Of a stretch of DNA of 64,000 nucleotides, positions 48,983 to 59,904 are shown one piece after another. Position 1 is the first letter of the stretch. Each line of letters opens with the position of its first letter. Origin of the DNA: an uncultured Desulfurococcales archaeon (GTDB lineage: Archaea > Thermoproteota > Thermoprotei_A > EX4484-217-1). The position numbers and the translations under genes are program-made. The notes under the pieces were generated by a model, which saw only the letters and a program-made list of their open reading frames with translations, searched no databases and was not told where the DNA came from. Where the stretch lies: contig CAZGLL010000004.1 in the NCBI GenBank assembly GCA_964526225.1, positions 3,455 through 67,454 on the forward strand, read 5' to 3'.

Positions 48983-50157
48983 GGTTTTAAACCTAGAATT
49001 CTAGCTAATTCCTTAACTTTTCCTCCGCCTCCAAACTTGGCCCAAACAGCACATGTTCCCTCAGACGAGACCATACATGGACCGTAGGGTGTATTTGGAG
49101 TACAAGTTTTCATGAAGAACGGACAATCTGTAGGAACAGCCTTACCCAACGTTACATCTCCGCACATACATCCCGGAGGTAAATCCATGGATTTAGATAC
49201 TTTAACATCATATTCTGAATGGACATCAATGCTTTTGTAGGGATTTCTTAGTTCTAAACCGCTTTTAGGAATAACACCTATACCTCTCCAGTGAGCATCA
49301 ACGATGTTAAATGCTTTTTCAACATACTTTTGAGCAACAATGTTACCTTCCCAACTATCAACCCTCGAGTACTCATTGAATATTCTAGGTTTTCCCTCAA
49401 CAATTTGCTTAAGTATTTCAAGAACAGCTAAGACTACATCTAATGGTTCAAAGCCTGCTACAACAGCAGGTAATCCGTACTCTTCAGGTAAGAATTTCCA
49501 TGCCTTCGCGCCAGTAATTGCGGTAACATGTCCTGGAGCAATTATTCCGTTTAGTGGAATATCTGGCTGATTTAGAACGTAATGTACTGCTGGTACAGTT
49601 AATCTATAGGCGATAAGTAGTTTTAGATTGCTAGGTATAGTTCCTAATACTACATGGCTAGCAACTGTTGGTTGGGTTGTTTCGAAACCTACTGCTAAGA
49701 AAACATGTGTTCTACTAGGGTTCTTTTTAGCAATTTTTAACGCGTCAAGGAAACCGTAAACTATTCTAATGTCTCCTCCTAAACTTCTAGCTTCAGCTAG
49801 GCTCATACTTGTTCCAGGAACCTTATACATGTCTCCATAAGTTAGCAATGTGACTTCATAGTTTAACGCTAACTCTATAGATTCGTCAATAACCTTCGTT
49901 GGAGCTATACATACCGGGCATCCGGGTCCCGCAATGAGTTCTAATTTTTCCGGCATAAGGCTTCTTAAGCCGTAATACGTAATTGTATGTTCATGTGTTC
50001 CGCAAACATGCATTATCTTTATCTTATCTTCACCAGTCTTCCTTAGTGCTAAAGGAGCTAGCTTATGTATTTTCCTAACTGCCTCTCTAAGAAGCTCTGA
50101 TTCTCTAAACATCCTAACTATTTCCTTAAGACCCTCATGTAGATCACGAGTATTCAT
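48979..50157 (-). CDS. hypD: Hydrogenase maturation protein HypD
   Basis: VCGTHE, GPGCPVC, GFETT, PGHV and GPCMVSSEGTC motifs. Confidence 0.97.
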   Translation of the reverse strand: MNTRDLHEGLKEIVRMFRESELLREAVRKIHKLAPLALRKTGEDKIKIMHVCGTHEHTITYYGLRSLMPEKLELIAGPGCPVCIAPTKVIDESIELALNYEVTLLTYGDMYKVPGTSMSLAEARSLGGDIRIVYGFLDALKIAKKNPSRTHVFLAVGFETTQPTVASHVVLGTIPSNLKLLIAYRLTVPAVHYVLNQPDIPLNGIIAPGHVTAITGAKAWKFLPEEYGLPAVVAGFEPLDVVLAVLEILKQIVEGKPRIFNEYSRVDSWEGNIVAQKYVEKAFNIVDAHWRGIGVIPKSGLELRNPYKSIDVHSEYDVKVSKSMDLPPGCMCGDVTLGKAVPTDCPFFMKTCTPNTPYGPCMVSSEGTCAVWAKFGGGGKVKELARILGLKP

Positions 50158-50315
50158 TCAAATTATTCCCTCATACCATAATTTCCTTATAGCTTAGAGA
50201 TTTGAGTTTCTGTAAAATATATTTCCAACTAACAATATACTATATGTGCTGACTTAGGATTTACATAAAACGTGCTCCCAGTACGTGGTGTTTAAAGGGG
50301 AAGGAGGCTTACTAA

Positions 50316-51347
50316 ATGGTTAGGGTTTCAAAAGTAACCCTAGCTCATGGTGCTGGCGGTAGGGAAACATCCGAAATAATAGAGAAGTTTTTCATAAAGA
50401 AATTCAATATTAAAAAAGTTTCTTCAGGATTCGGTTTAGATGAATTAGAAGATTCATCAACAATCCCCCTTCCCGACGGGAACTATTTAGCGGTAACTGT
50501 TGATAGCTATACTGTCAGCCCAATATTCTTCCCTGGAGGGAATATAGGCAAATTAGCTGCAACGGGGACCCTAAACGACCTAGCTGTTATGGGCGCTGAA
50601 CCCATAGCAACAATGGACAGCATAGTTGTTGAAGAAGGATTTGAAATGGAGCTTCTAGAGGAAATAGTGACTTCAATACGTGATGTTCTTGAAAAATACA
50701 ATGTTGCGTTAATAGGCGGAGACTTTAAGGTAATGCCTAAAGGACAGCTTGACAAAATAGTAATAACAATGACAGGTATAGGAATAATACCTAAGAACAG
50801 GTTAATTTCAGACTACAATATCAAACCAGGCGACAAAATAGTAATAACAGGAACTATAGGGGAACATGGAGCAGCAATTTTAGCCGCACAAACAGGAATA
50901 GGTGTTGAAGATTCAAGCCTTTTTAGCGATTGCACTCCAATAATTGAGGCTATGGAAATAGCATTTAAAATAGGAGGTATACGTGCAGCAAAAGATCCTA
51001 CGAGAGGAGGATTAGCTATGGCCCTTAATGAATGGGCTAAAAAATCTAAGCTAACAATCGTTGTTAAAGAGGAAAACATACCGTTAAGAGAAAGCGTTAA
51101 AGCTTACTGCGAAATGCTAGGTGTTGATCCACTTACACTTGCATCTGAAGGCAGGGCGTTAATTGCTGTTTCACCGGAGAAAGCAGAGGAATTAGTGGAT
51201 ACGCTAAGAAGTAAGGGATATAAGGATGCCGCAGTAATAGGTGAAGCTAAGAAGGGTAGAGAAGGATATGTGCTCTTAGAAACGATAACTGGAGGGTTAA
51301 GAATAATCGAAACTCCCATTGGAGAAATAGTTCCAAGAATATGTTAG
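50316..51347 (+). CDS. hypE: Hydrogenase maturation protein HypE
   Basis: AHGAGG, FFPGGNIG, DPTRGG and C-terminal PRIC. Confidence 0.97.
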   Translation: MVRVSKVTLAHGAGGRETSEIIEKFFIKKFNIKKVSSGFGLDELEDSSTIPLPDGNYLAVTVDSYTVSPIFFPGGNIGKLAATGTLNDLAVMGAEPIATMDSIVVEEGFEMELLEEIVTSIRDVLEKYNVALIGGDFKVMPKGQLDKIVITMTGIGIIPKNRLISDYNIKPGDKIVITGTIGEHGAAILAAQTGIGVEDSSLFSDCTPIIEAMEIAFKIGGIRAAKDPTRGGLAMALNEWAKKSKLTIVVKEENIPLRESVKAYCEMLGVDPLTLASEGRALIAVSPEKAEELVDTLRSKGYKDAAVIGEAKKGREGYVLLETITGGLRIIETPIGEIVPRIC

Positions 51348-51358
51348 GGTTAAACATT

Positions 51359-51763
51359 ATGTCTAAAGAAAAAAGACTTTATAGGTCATCAGAAGACGAA
51401 ATAATCTGCGGCTTATGCGGTGGCTTAGGAGAGTACTTTAACATTGACCCGACAATTATAAGAATAGTTTTTGTACTCTTCTTCATAATAAATCCGGTTG
51501 CGGCAGTGCTTTTCTACATTTTAGCTTGCGCCATTATACCCAAGAAACCTACTGAGCAAGCTGGTGAAGCAAGACCTATAACTAAGAAAACAACGCAACG
51601 TGAACAAGGATTAATAATTCTAGGGTTAATGCTGATACTGGTGGGAGTACTTGTTTTCCCGGAAGTAAAGCTTGTTTTGAGAAGTGTTTTGAGAGGATTA
51701 GTTATAGCAATAGGGTTGCTAATGATTCTTCTTGTTCTCTTCAGGAAAAGCTTTAAACCTTAA
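51359..51763 (+). CDS. PspC domain membrane protein
   Basis: KRLYRS...IICGLCGGLGEYFNIDPTIIR motif. Confidence 0.88.
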   Translation: MSKEKRLYRSSEDEIICGLCGGLGEYFNIDPTIIRIVFVLFFIINPVAAVLFYILACAIIPKKPTEQAGEARPITKKTTQREQGLIILGLMLILVGVLVFPEVKLVLRSVLRGLVIAIGLLMILLVLFRKSFKP

Positions 51764-51977
51764 GTGCCTCTAAAACTTCTTTCCAAGCTTCAATAGTTTT
51801 TTCGGCTTCTTCACGACTCAGTTTAGAAATTATTGCTCCAGCATGAACTATAACGTAATCTCCGGGCTTAACATCCGGTACAAGGAGTCTATCAACTTCT
51901 CTTTTAACTCCTCCAAAGTCTACTATTGCAGTCATATCTTTTACTTCAATAACGACACCAGGTATTCCTAAGCACAT
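51753..51977 (-). CDS. hypC: Hydrogenase chaperone HypC
   Basis: MCLGIP N-terminus and GDYVIVHAG. Confidence 0.96.
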   Translation of the reverse strand: MCLGIPGVVIEVKDMTAIVDFGGVKREVDRLLVPDVKPGDYVIVHAGAIISKLSREEAEKTIEAWKEVLEALKV

Positions 51978-52102
51978 TTTCAACACTTCTTCTCAATCCT
52001 TTCTCGAATAAAATATTTAGGTTATCTACGTAGTGCTCTATAGAGCATATGCAACTACCAACTTATATTAGCTTACTTCAGTGTCAGACAAGTGGAGTGC
52101 TT

Positions 52103-54442
52103 ATGGGAGAAGTTGTTGCTTTAAAACTTAGAGTTTCAGGAGTAGTTCAGGGAGTAGGGTTTAGGCCATTCGTATATAGGATAGCAGTTAAAAACGGAAT
52201 TAAAGGGTACGTTAAAAACCTAGGAGGTAGTGAAGTAGAAATTCATGTTGAAGGTTCCTTGTTAAACATATTGAACTTTATAAGAGATCTTACTGTAAAG
52301 AAGCCTCCTCCAGCCGAAATAGAAATGCTCGAGATAGAAGAGTCTAAACCCAAAGTTTTCAAAGAATTCTCTATTTTGAAAAGCGGTAAAAATCCTAAAA
52401 TGTTCTCGATGATACCTCCAGATATAGGCATATGTGATGACTGCTTAAGTGAAATTCTAGATAAAAATTCTAGATGGTACATGTATCCATTTAATAGTTG
52501 TGCTTGGTGCGGCCCAAGATTCTCAATGTTAGAGAGTATACCTTACGATAGAGAAAACACTTCAATGAGAGATTTCCCACTATGCGAAGAGTGCTTAAAT
52601 GAATACAGAGACCCGGGGAACATTAGAAGATTCCATGCGCAGGGAATAAGCTGTCCCAAATGTGGACCAAAGGTTTGGTTAGTTGATAATTCAGGAGAAC
52701 TTGTTGAAACAGAGGATCCTATAAGAACCGCTGCTAAACTCGTAGATGAGGGATACATTGTAGCAATAAAGGGTTTAGGAGGATTTCACATAGCTGCTCT
52801 AGCTACAGATGATGAAGTAGTTCTTACATTACGTGAGAGAAAAAGGAGACCACAGAAACCGTTCGCTCTCATGGCGTTAAATATTGACGTTATTAGGAAA
52901 ATAGCTTATGTACCTAGGGAAGCAGAGGAGCTGCTACTTTCTCCTCAAAAACCAATAGTTCTCTTACCTAAGAAGGAATACACTCCGGTTTCCAAATATG
53001 TAGCTCCAGGACTAAGTACAGTAGGTGTTATGCTACCATATACTGGCTTACACTACATTCTACTAATGAACACTAAAGACAAGTACTTAATAATGACAAG
53101 CGGTAATCCTAAAGGAAAACCTATGTGCATAACTAATAAGTGCGCTCTAAATAGGCTTTCAAAATATGTTGACTACATTCTACTACATAATAGGAGAATA
53201 ATTAACAGAGTTGACGATAGTGTTGTGAGATTAACACTAGGTAAACCCATGTTTCTAAGAAGAAGTAGAGGTTATGCTCCTAAATGGTTCACATTACCTA
53301 TTGAAGCCAAAAACCCCATAGTTGCCTTTGGAGCAGAATTAGCAACTGCAGGAGCCATTTTCATTAAAAACAGGGCTATACTGACCCAATACATAGGCGA
53401 TGTCGACGATTACGAAACATTAGAGTTCATGGATGAAGCGTTGAAGTTCCTATGTAGAACCTATAGAATTAACCTTAGCGAAGCGGTTTACGTTTCCGAT
53501 CTCCACCCATACTATGCTACAACAAGACTTGCTGAAGAATATGCTGACAAGTACAATTCAGTACATTTAAGAGTACAGCATCACCATGCACATATAGTCT
53601 CAGTAATGGCTGAAAACTACATGAAACCTGATGAGGAAGTAGTCGGTATAGCCATTGATGGTGTAGGTTACGGAATAGATGGTAAAATATGGGGTGGAGA
53701 GATCATTATTGCATCATATAGGGGATTCAGAAGGTTTGGACACTTAAAATATCAGCTCATGCCAGGTGGGGATTTAGCTACAAAATACCCTCTAAGAATG
53801 CTTATCGGAATACTTTACTCCATATTTGATGAAGAAGAAATACTTAGATTCCTTAACAAAACAAACTTAATCGATAAATTAAAGTATGGTGCAAGAGAAC
53901 TGAGAGCAATAATGTATCAGTTAAAGTCCAGAACAGCTCCTGAAACGTCAAGTACAGGTAGGTTTTTAGATGCAGTAGCTGCTCTTTTAGGAATATGTTT
54001 TGAAAGGACATATGAAGGAGAACCTGCAATGAAGCTAGAGGCTTATGCTAAGAAGCCTGAAGGAAATGGTGAATTAGAGGCTAAAGTTGTGTATGAGAAA
54101 GGTGAGTACGTTATTGACACTTCAGATTTAATGTTAAAAGTAATAGAGAAATTAGAGGATGGTGTTGAAAGAAAAACATTGGCTTATCAAGCACAGTACG
54201 CATTAGGTAAAGCACTAGGTAAAGTCGCTGTAGAAGCGATAAGAGCGTATGATGTGAAGCCATTAATATTAGTGAGCGGTGGAGCAGCAGTAAATGATAT
54301 AATACTTAAGGCAATAACAAATGTTGCTAAAGAAAATGATGTAGAAGTTTATGTCAATAGAAAAGTTCCTCCCGGAGATGGAGGAATAGCTTTAGGGCAA
54401 GTAGCTATAGCAGCCTATAGTTTTACTTATGAAGAATCTTAG
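52103..54442 (+). CDS. hypF: Carbamoyltransferase HypF
   Basis: GVVQGVGFRPF, zinc fingers, KGLGGFH, QHHHAH and PGDGGIALGQ motifs. Confidence 0.97.
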   Translation: MGEVVALKLRVSGVVQGVGFRPFVYRIAVKNGIKGYVKNLGGSEVEIHVEGSLLNILNFIRDLTVKKPPPAEIEMLEIEESKPKVFKEFSILKSGKNPKMFSMIPPDIGICDDCLSEILDKNSRWYMYPFNSCAWCGPRFSMLESIPYDRENTSMRDFPLCEECLNEYRDPGNIRRFHAQGISCPKCGPKVWLVDNSGELVETEDPIRTAAKLVDEGYIVAIKGLGGFHIAALATDDEVVLTLRERKRRPQKPFALMALNIDVIRKIAYVPREAEELLLSPQKPIVLLPKKEYTPVSKYVAPGLSTVGVMLPYTGLHYILLMNTKDKYLIMTSGNPKGKPMCITNKCALNRLSKYVDYILLHNRRIINRVDDSVVRLTLGKPMFLRRSRGYAPKWFTLPIEAKNPIVAFGAELATAGAIFIKNRAILTQYIGDVDDYETLEFMDEALKFLCRTYRINLSEAVYVSDLHPYYATTRLAEEYADKYNSVHLRVQHHHAHIVSVMAENYMKPDEEVVGIAIDGVGYGIDGKIWGGEIIIASYRGFRRFGHLKYQLMPGGDLATKYPLRMLIGILYSIFDEEEILRFLNKTNLIDKLKYGARELRAIMYQLKSRTAPETSSTGRFLDAVAALLGICFERTYEGEPAMKLEAYAKKPEGNGELEAKVVYEKGEYVIDTSDLMLKVIEKLEDGVERKTLAYQAQYALGKALGKVAVEAIRAYDVKPLILVSGGAAVNDIILKAITNVAKENDVEVYVNRKVPPGDGGIALGQVAIAAYSFTYEES

Positions 54443-54493
54443 GTTCAAGTTTAAATTTTAAAGCATACTATAGAAAAGTTGGGGTTAGAAACA

Positions 54494-54862
54494 ATGGTCA
54501 CAATAAAGTTTTCTACGAGAGCAGCAAACGATCCCGCATACATTATAACAGTAGGTATTTCAAGACCTCTCAAAGACGCATTTGCCGGGCTAGATAAATC
54601 CAAAATAAACAAGATCGGTAGAAAGCTTACAAAACTACTTTCATACAAGGTAGCTACCGCTTTAATTAAAAACGGTTATGAACTACCATTACCCGAAGAC
54701 TACCTACTCAAAATTAGAGGAGAAGTATCATTTGATGTTAAAGAGGAAGGTGAAGAATTCGCTATCGAAGTTAAAAACGTTAAACTTGTAATAGACATTT
54801 TCAAAAAGGAAAAATCAGTTAAGTATGGGGAATCTGTTGCTGAAGCTGCTGAAGAAGGCTAG
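54494..54862 (+). CDS. Hypothetical protein (weak resemblance to the ThermoDBP/DUF2258 fold)
   Basis: Plausible ORF with an acidic tail; the family resemblance is tentative. Confidence 0.55.
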   Translation: MVTIKFSTRAANDPAYIITVGISRPLKDAFAGLDKSKINKIGRKLTKLLSYKVATALIKNGYELPLPEDYLLKIRGEVSFDVKEEGEEFAIEVKNVKLVIDIFKKEKSVKYGESVAEAAEEG

Positions 54863-54875
54863 GTAGTGAGAGATA

Positions 54876-56069
54876 ATGGTTCTAACTATAGACAACGAGT
54901 TTAGAGTTGTTTTTGATAAGAAATTTTATAATGAAGAACATTCGTTATGGGCTAAATTTGAAGATGGAAGAGTAATGGATGCTTCAGATGCAGCTAAAAG
55001 AGCATCAACTATAAGTGGACAGCTAGTTTCCATAAGACCAGCAGATAAAGAGAAACGTAGATTCTTTTTCTATAAGAAAAACGAGAAGGTAGGTGAACTA
55101 TACTTCGGTACTTCCGAGGAAAGCCTTGCTTACTTAACGTCAACGGACCCTTCACTCTTTCTTGCCTTTCTAGAGAAGATCCTAAAAGCCATCTCAGCTA
55201 GTGGAATGTATCCAGTAGTCTTAGAGTCAATAGGTGAACTTAAGAAACCTAAAGAGTTAACTATTGGCGTACTTAACCACGAATATCTTTCATCAATTAT
55301 GAAAGCTATAAATGGAGAATTTAGGAAGGTAGCTTTCATAGAGAAAATACCTGAAACACTCTTAGAAGAGTTAAGTCGGAAACATAGTAAATATGGTACT
55401 TTAGTTGTAACCTCAGTTAATGGTAAACGTAATGTAGAAAAGCCTACATATGAGCCTCCAGAACATGACATTCCACTTTACCCTGAACTTTGCCCTATAG
55501 GTTTCACAATAGGTTTCACGCCTAATTTAAGTGAATGGCTTACAATACATTATGATCCCGTAGGGGTTTATAGTGTAGGGTACTATGCAATAAATGGCAA
55601 ATACGATTTCGTAAGAAAATGGGAATTGTTCTTTATGGAGAAAAATGACTTAGGAGAATTCAGGCTGACAAAAATTAATGGTGAATTTAAGGTAAAGGAA
55701 TGGATGCATGTTTTAATGAAGGACACTGTAAAGAATGGTGATGAATTAAGAAGTATCGTTGCCAAAAGCTTCAATACAAGAGATGAAAGTGTTCTTGCAA
55801 CATTCTACATTGTTCCAATAAAACGGGTTAAAAAGGAACTTACCGAATGCGAAATTTATGTTTACAGTAAATACTGGCCCTCACCTAAGCTCGTAAGACT
55901 ATACATGAAGACTTGTTTAGGAGAGCCTAACGCTAGTTTATTCTGGATAAAACATGTTAATCTAACACCCTCGATGAAATGGTCTAAGGTATGGATGCAC
56001 TGGGCTAAGCCGACGAAAATATCCATTATTACAGCTTGTGTTCTAAGCATTTTAAAAGAAGCTAGATGA
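54876..56069 (+). CDS. Hypothetical protein
   Basis: 397-aa ORF with no motif I recognise. Confidence 0.7.
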   Translation: MVLTIDNEFRVVFDKKFYNEEHSLWAKFEDGRVMDASDAAKRASTISGQLVSIRPADKEKRRFFFYKKNEKVGELYFGTSEESLAYLTSTDPSLFLAFLEKILKAISASGMYPVVLESIGELKKPKELTIGVLNHEYLSSIMKAINGEFRKVAFIEKIPETLLEELSRKHSKYGTLVVTSVNGKRNVEKPTYEPPEHDIPLYPELCPIGFTIGFTPNLSEWLTIHYDPVGVYSVGYYAINGKYDFVRKWELFFMEKNDLGEFRLTKINGEFKVKEWMHVLMKDTVKNGDELRSIVAKSFNTRDESVLATFYIVPIKRVKKELTECEIYVYSKYWPSPKLVRLYMKTCLGEPNASLFWIKHVNLTPSMKWSKVWMHWAKPTKISIITACVLSILKEAR

Positions 56070-57129
56070 TGAAACCTAAACCCTTGTTTGGAACATACTT
56101 GCCCACAATATTTATTTTAAATCCACAATAGGGGCACTTATTGTCCTTAGTAAGCTTGTAATAAATTACCCTATAACCTGACCTAGCAATTAGCGGTTTA
56201 CCGCACTTCGGACAATAGGTTGTTTCATACCTTGGATCACCTATATTCCCCACATAAACATACTTTATACCGTACTTCTTAGCCTTCTCATATATTTCAA
56301 AGAGGGTCTTTAAAGAAGTTGGAGGCTCATGATATTTCCATGATGGATAATATCTGTTAATATGTAAGGGAACATCGTAACCTAAAATTTCAACATGTTT
56401 CTCTAAAACCCACTCATAGCATTCATTATAATCATTGGCGCCGGTAACAACTAGAAATACCATTTCAACATGTATGCCTAAATCTAAAGCTACTTTAGCG
56501 TTTCTAAAAATCACCATCGGATCTAATGCACCAATAAATTTCTTGTACGTTTCTCTGCATCCTTTAATATCGAAATTTAATCCATCAAGCCCTGCTTCTT
56601 TAAGTTCCTTTAAAGCTTCTAATGTCATGTATCCATTGCTTACAATAGTATTGTATAAACCATGCTTCTTGGCTTCTCTAAATGCATCTACAAGATATTC
56701 TAAATGTATTGTCGGTTCATTGAAGCTAGCACATAATCCTTCATCACCGTTTCTAACGGCTTTTTTAACAAGTTTTTCCGGAGGAACATAGTACTGTTCG
56801 TTTACTGATAGAGTATTAAAGCTTAGTGAAAAATTCTGGCACCAAGGACAATGGAAATTGCAACTCCAACCTGAAAAAGTAAGAGCAGTACTATTAGGCC
56901 AGAAGTGGAAAAGCGGTTTAATCTCTATAGGCCTACTTTCTACAGCACTTAGTACACCATATCCTATATTGTAAAGTTCGCCATCAATGTTCATTCTATT
57001 TCCGCAATATCCCCTCTCGCCTGTTCCTATAAGGCATCTTCTTTCACAAACGTTACATAAAACATAGTTCCTACTAACTTTAAAATATAACCTTGCTTTA
57101 ACTAGACTACGTTTTTTGCTAACAATCAT
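56062..57129 (-). CDS. AmmeMemoRadiSam system radical SAM enzyme (AmrS type)
   Basis: CNVCERRC, PIEIKPLFHF, CNFHCPWCQN and C-terminal CPKCG/CPYCG. Confidence 0.88.
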   Translation of the reverse strand: MIVSKKRSLVKARLYFKVSRNYVLCNVCERRCLIGTGERGYCGNRMNIDGELYNIGYGVLSAVESRPIEIKPLFHFWPNSTALTFSGWSCNFHCPWCQNFSLSFNTLSVNEQYYVPPEKLVKKAVRNGDEGLCASFNEPTIHLEYLVDAFREAKKHGLYNTIVSNGYMTLEALKELKEAGLDGLNFDIKGCRETYKKFIGALDPMVIFRNAKVALDLGIHVEMVFLVVTGANDYNECYEWVLEKHVEILGYDVPLHINRYYPSWKYHEPPTSLKTLFEIYEKAKKYGIKYVYVGNIGDPRYETTYCPKCGKPLIARSGYRVIYYKLTKDNKCPYCGFKINIVGKYVPNKGLGFII

Positions 57130-57515
57130 TTTCTCAGTCTTCTAAGCATCTCTAACGCTTCTTTTTCATACTCTACTTGTTCCTCACCTATCTCTATAAA
57201 TTTAAGTGGTTCCTCAACTATTCTAAAGTACCTTACAGGAATTCCCTTATCCTTAGCGAACAATATCTCCTTTAAAACACCATCACTTACTTCGCCGAAA
57301 ACCCATAGTTCATCACATCTAATTATAAGTTCAAAATTAGCTTCCCTAACCTTATCTCTTTCAACGGTATCAAGTAGAAAATAATCGTAACATAGAAATG
57401 GGTTTAGCGGAACATTTCCTTGATCAAATACGAACTTAGCAACATGCCCCTTAAGATAATATCTTCTCTTAGACATAGCTGTAAATATAAGCTTCTTACC
57501 CATACCGAATGGCAC
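57126..57515 (-). CDS. Small nucleoside-deoxyribosyltransferase-like fold protein
   Basis: VPLNPF and CDELWVFGEVSDGVLKEI motifs. Confidence 0.6.
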   Translation of the reverse strand: MPFGMGKKLIFTAMSKRRYYLKGHVAKFVFDQGNVPLNPFLCYDYFLLDTVERDKVREANFELIIRCDELWVFGEVSDGVLKEILFAKDKGIPVRYFRIVEEPLKFIEIGEEQVEYEKEALEMLRRLRK

Positions 57516-57567
57516 CTTCGCTTATAAATTTCAGGATTTCATTTAAAAATTTAAACCCTAACAGCAA

Positions 57568-57864
57568 ATGAGTGGATCAAAGTAGAATTTAATGATCAGA
57601 GTCTTAAGCATTATACATAGAATGAAGGAAGAAGAAACAACAATTCTACAAATAAACCATAATACTTTCATCAATAAATAAGCAAAACTATATTGGGCCA
57701 GCTGTTTTCTGGGTCTCAGGAAAGGCGATAACAAAGTTCTTCTAATAAAGCTGAGTACCAAAGAGATGGCGTATTTAACTAAGTATTTAGATGTTGCGTT
57801 AAATGAAGCCTTTAGAAGGGAACAAGAGCTTATTGCAAAATCTTCTGGAAGGGAAAGCAATTGA
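57568..57864 (+). pseudogene. Degraded small ORF with two in-frame stops
   Basis: One frame reads MSGSK*NLMIRVLSIIHR...INK*AKLYW...LGLRKGDNKVLLIKLSTKEMAYL...SN*. A TATA-like element lies at 57542-57555. Confidence 0.45.
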
Positions 57865-57958
57865 TTTTAAATATTTTTAATGATGCTACGACATATTTAA
57901 TAAATTTTTTCCGATGAAGTGATGTGGAGGAAATGCTTAAATATACAGTGTAACATAT

Positions 57959-58960
57959 TTGATGTGCGGTGCTTGGAGATGTATCTTCCAAGTCGTTGAA
58001 ACAACGATTTCTAAGGAGAAAAGCTCTACTGTAATCTCCCCTACAAATGCCACTAGTAAAGACACTAAATCTCTTAGAAGTCATTTCGATATCGTTCTTA
58101 GTGATTCTGCAACGATAATTTTAGCGTATGATATCATCAGACTTGAAGAGAAACTTATAGTTGAAGAATTTAGGAAAAGAGGTATTGAACCGAAATTACT
58201 TAACGTTACAGCTTATCCTCTACACTTCAGTAACGGTTTTCTAAGAAAAGCAAACATAGCTTTAATAAGACCTATAAGTATGTATCGCGCCTTCTATACA
58301 GCAGTTGTTTTAGAAACGAACGGTGTACACACGATAAACAATAGCGAAACAATTCTAACATGTGGAGACAAAATTCTAGCGTACAAAAAACTTCTCGAAA
58401 ACAAGTTACCAATACCTGAAACAGTTGTTGCTTTCACAACGGATTCAGCATTGCAAGCGTACAACATAATAGGCTTCCCCGTAATAGACAAACCACCTAT
58501 CGGAAGTTGGGGTAGGCTCGTATCGCTTATCGAAAGCAGTAAGGAAGGCATTTTAGTTGCTGAACATAGAGAAAACCTACCTTCAACACAGCTAAAAATT
58601 CATGTTGTTCAAGAATATGTTCCGACATCAAACATGGACATTAGATGTTTAGTTGTAGGGGACCAAGTTCTAGGGTGTATTAAGAGAAAAGCTACGTCAG
58701 GGGATTGGAGAAGCAATGTTGCAAGAGGAGGTAAAGTAGAAGCACTGAAACTAAATGAGGAGCTAATGGAGCTCTCACTTAAAGCGGCTAAGGCAGTAAG
58801 AGCTGAAGTATTATCGGTAGATATTTTGGTTCATCCTGAAAAAGGATATTTAGTTAATGAAGTAAATGGTGTTCCTGAATTTAAAGGTTTCATGAAAGCA
58901 ACCGGAATAAATGTTCCAGAAAAAATAGTTGAATATGTTGTTTCCAAAGTTAAAAGGTAG
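57959..58960 (+). CDS. lysX: RimK-family ATP-grasp ligase LysX/ArgX (start uncertain)
   Basis: YDIIRLEEK, CGDK, KPPIGSWGRLV, WRSNVARGG and NEVNGVPEFKG motifs. Confidence 0.85.
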   Translation: MMCGAWRCIFQVVETTISKEKSSTVISPTNATSKDTKSLRSHFDIVLSDSATIILAYDIIRLEEKLIVEEFRKRGIEPKLLNVTAYPLHFSNGFLRKANIALIRPISMYRAFYTAVVLETNGVHTINNSETILTCGDKILAYKKLLENKLPIPETVVAFTTDSALQAYNIIGFPVIDKPPIGSWGRLVSLIESSKEGILVAEHRENLPSTQLKIHVVQEYVPTSNMDIRCLVVGDQVLGCIKRKATSGDWRSNVARGGKVEALKLNEELMELSLKAAKAVRAEVLSVDILVHPEKGYLVNEVNGVPEFKGFMKATGINVPEKIVEYVVSKVKR

Positions 58961-58968
58961 GTGCATGA

Positions 58969-59904
58969 GTGATGAATCTTAAAGGTAGAGATTTCCTTTG
59001 GCTAGGAGATTATAGTAAAGAAGAACTAGAGTTTATACTTAAAGTGACTGCTCAACTTAAGGAGAGATACTATGCTGGAGAAAGAATAGTTCCTGTGCTT
59101 AAAGGTAAAACATTGGCTTTAATATTTCAAAAGCCAAGTACAAGAACTAGGGTAAGTTTCGAAGTAGCTATGAAGCAGCTTGGAGGATTCACAATAACCC
59201 TAAATTGGAATGAACTACAGCTTGGCAGAGGAGAGACAATAGCGGATACTGCAAGGGTTATGAGCAGATATGTTGATGGAATTATGGCGAGAGTATATTC
59301 ACACAATGACCTCGTTGAATTAGCAAAGTACTCTACAGTACCTGTAATTAACGGGTTAAGCGACTCATTTCATCCAGTACAGGCTTTATCAGACATGTTC
59401 ACTATATTTGAGAAGAAAGGTAGGCTTAAAGGAATAAAGCTGGTGTTCCTAGGTGATGGAGGAAACAATGTTGCTCAAAGCCTACTCGTAGCTTCAGCAA
59501 AACTAGGAGTAAACATTACGGTATCTTCACCGCCAAAATATAGGCCCTCAAAAGAGGTTTTAGAGGTAGCTGAAGAAGCAGCTAAACATAGCGGTTCACA
59601 AATAGACTTCATTGAAGACCCGTATGAAGCAGTAGAAGACGCGGATGTAATATACACTGACGTATGGGTTAGTATGGGCCAAGAGAAAGAGAGAGAAACA
59701 AGGATTAAGGAATTAAGTAAGTACCAAGTTAACACTAAACTTATGAAGCACGCTAAGAAAGACGCTATATTCATGCATTGCTTACCAGCACATAGAGGTC
59801 AAGAAGTAACTGATGATGTAATAGATGGTCCATGGTCTGTCGTATGGGATCAAGCTGAAAATAGAATGCATACGCAAAAAGCGCTTCTAGCATTACTTCT
59901 TTAA
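58969..59904 (+). CDS. argF: Ornithine carbamoyltransferase
   Basis: [24 protein letters not shown] and QAENR motifs. Confidence 0.97.
   Translation: MMNLKGRDFLWLGDYSKEELEFILKVTAQLKERYYAGERIVPVLKGKTLALIFQKPSTRTRVSFEVAMKQLGGFTITLNWNELQLGRGETIADTARVMSRYVDGIMARVYSHNDLVELAKYSTVPVINGLSDSFHPVQALSDMFTIFEKKGRLKGIKLVFLGDGGNNVAQSLLVASAKLGVNITVSSPPKYRPSKEVLEVAEEAAKHSGSQIDFIEDPYEAVEDADVIYTDVWVSMGQEKERETRIKELSKYQVNTKLMKHAKKDAIFMHCLPAHRGQEVTDDVIDGPWSVVWDQAENRMHTQKALLALLL

Noticed and set aside
57558..58084. Minus-strand ORFs 57558-57860 and 57830-58084
   Set aside because: They are shadow frames of the plus-strand pseudogene and the lysX 5' region, with no recognisable motifs.
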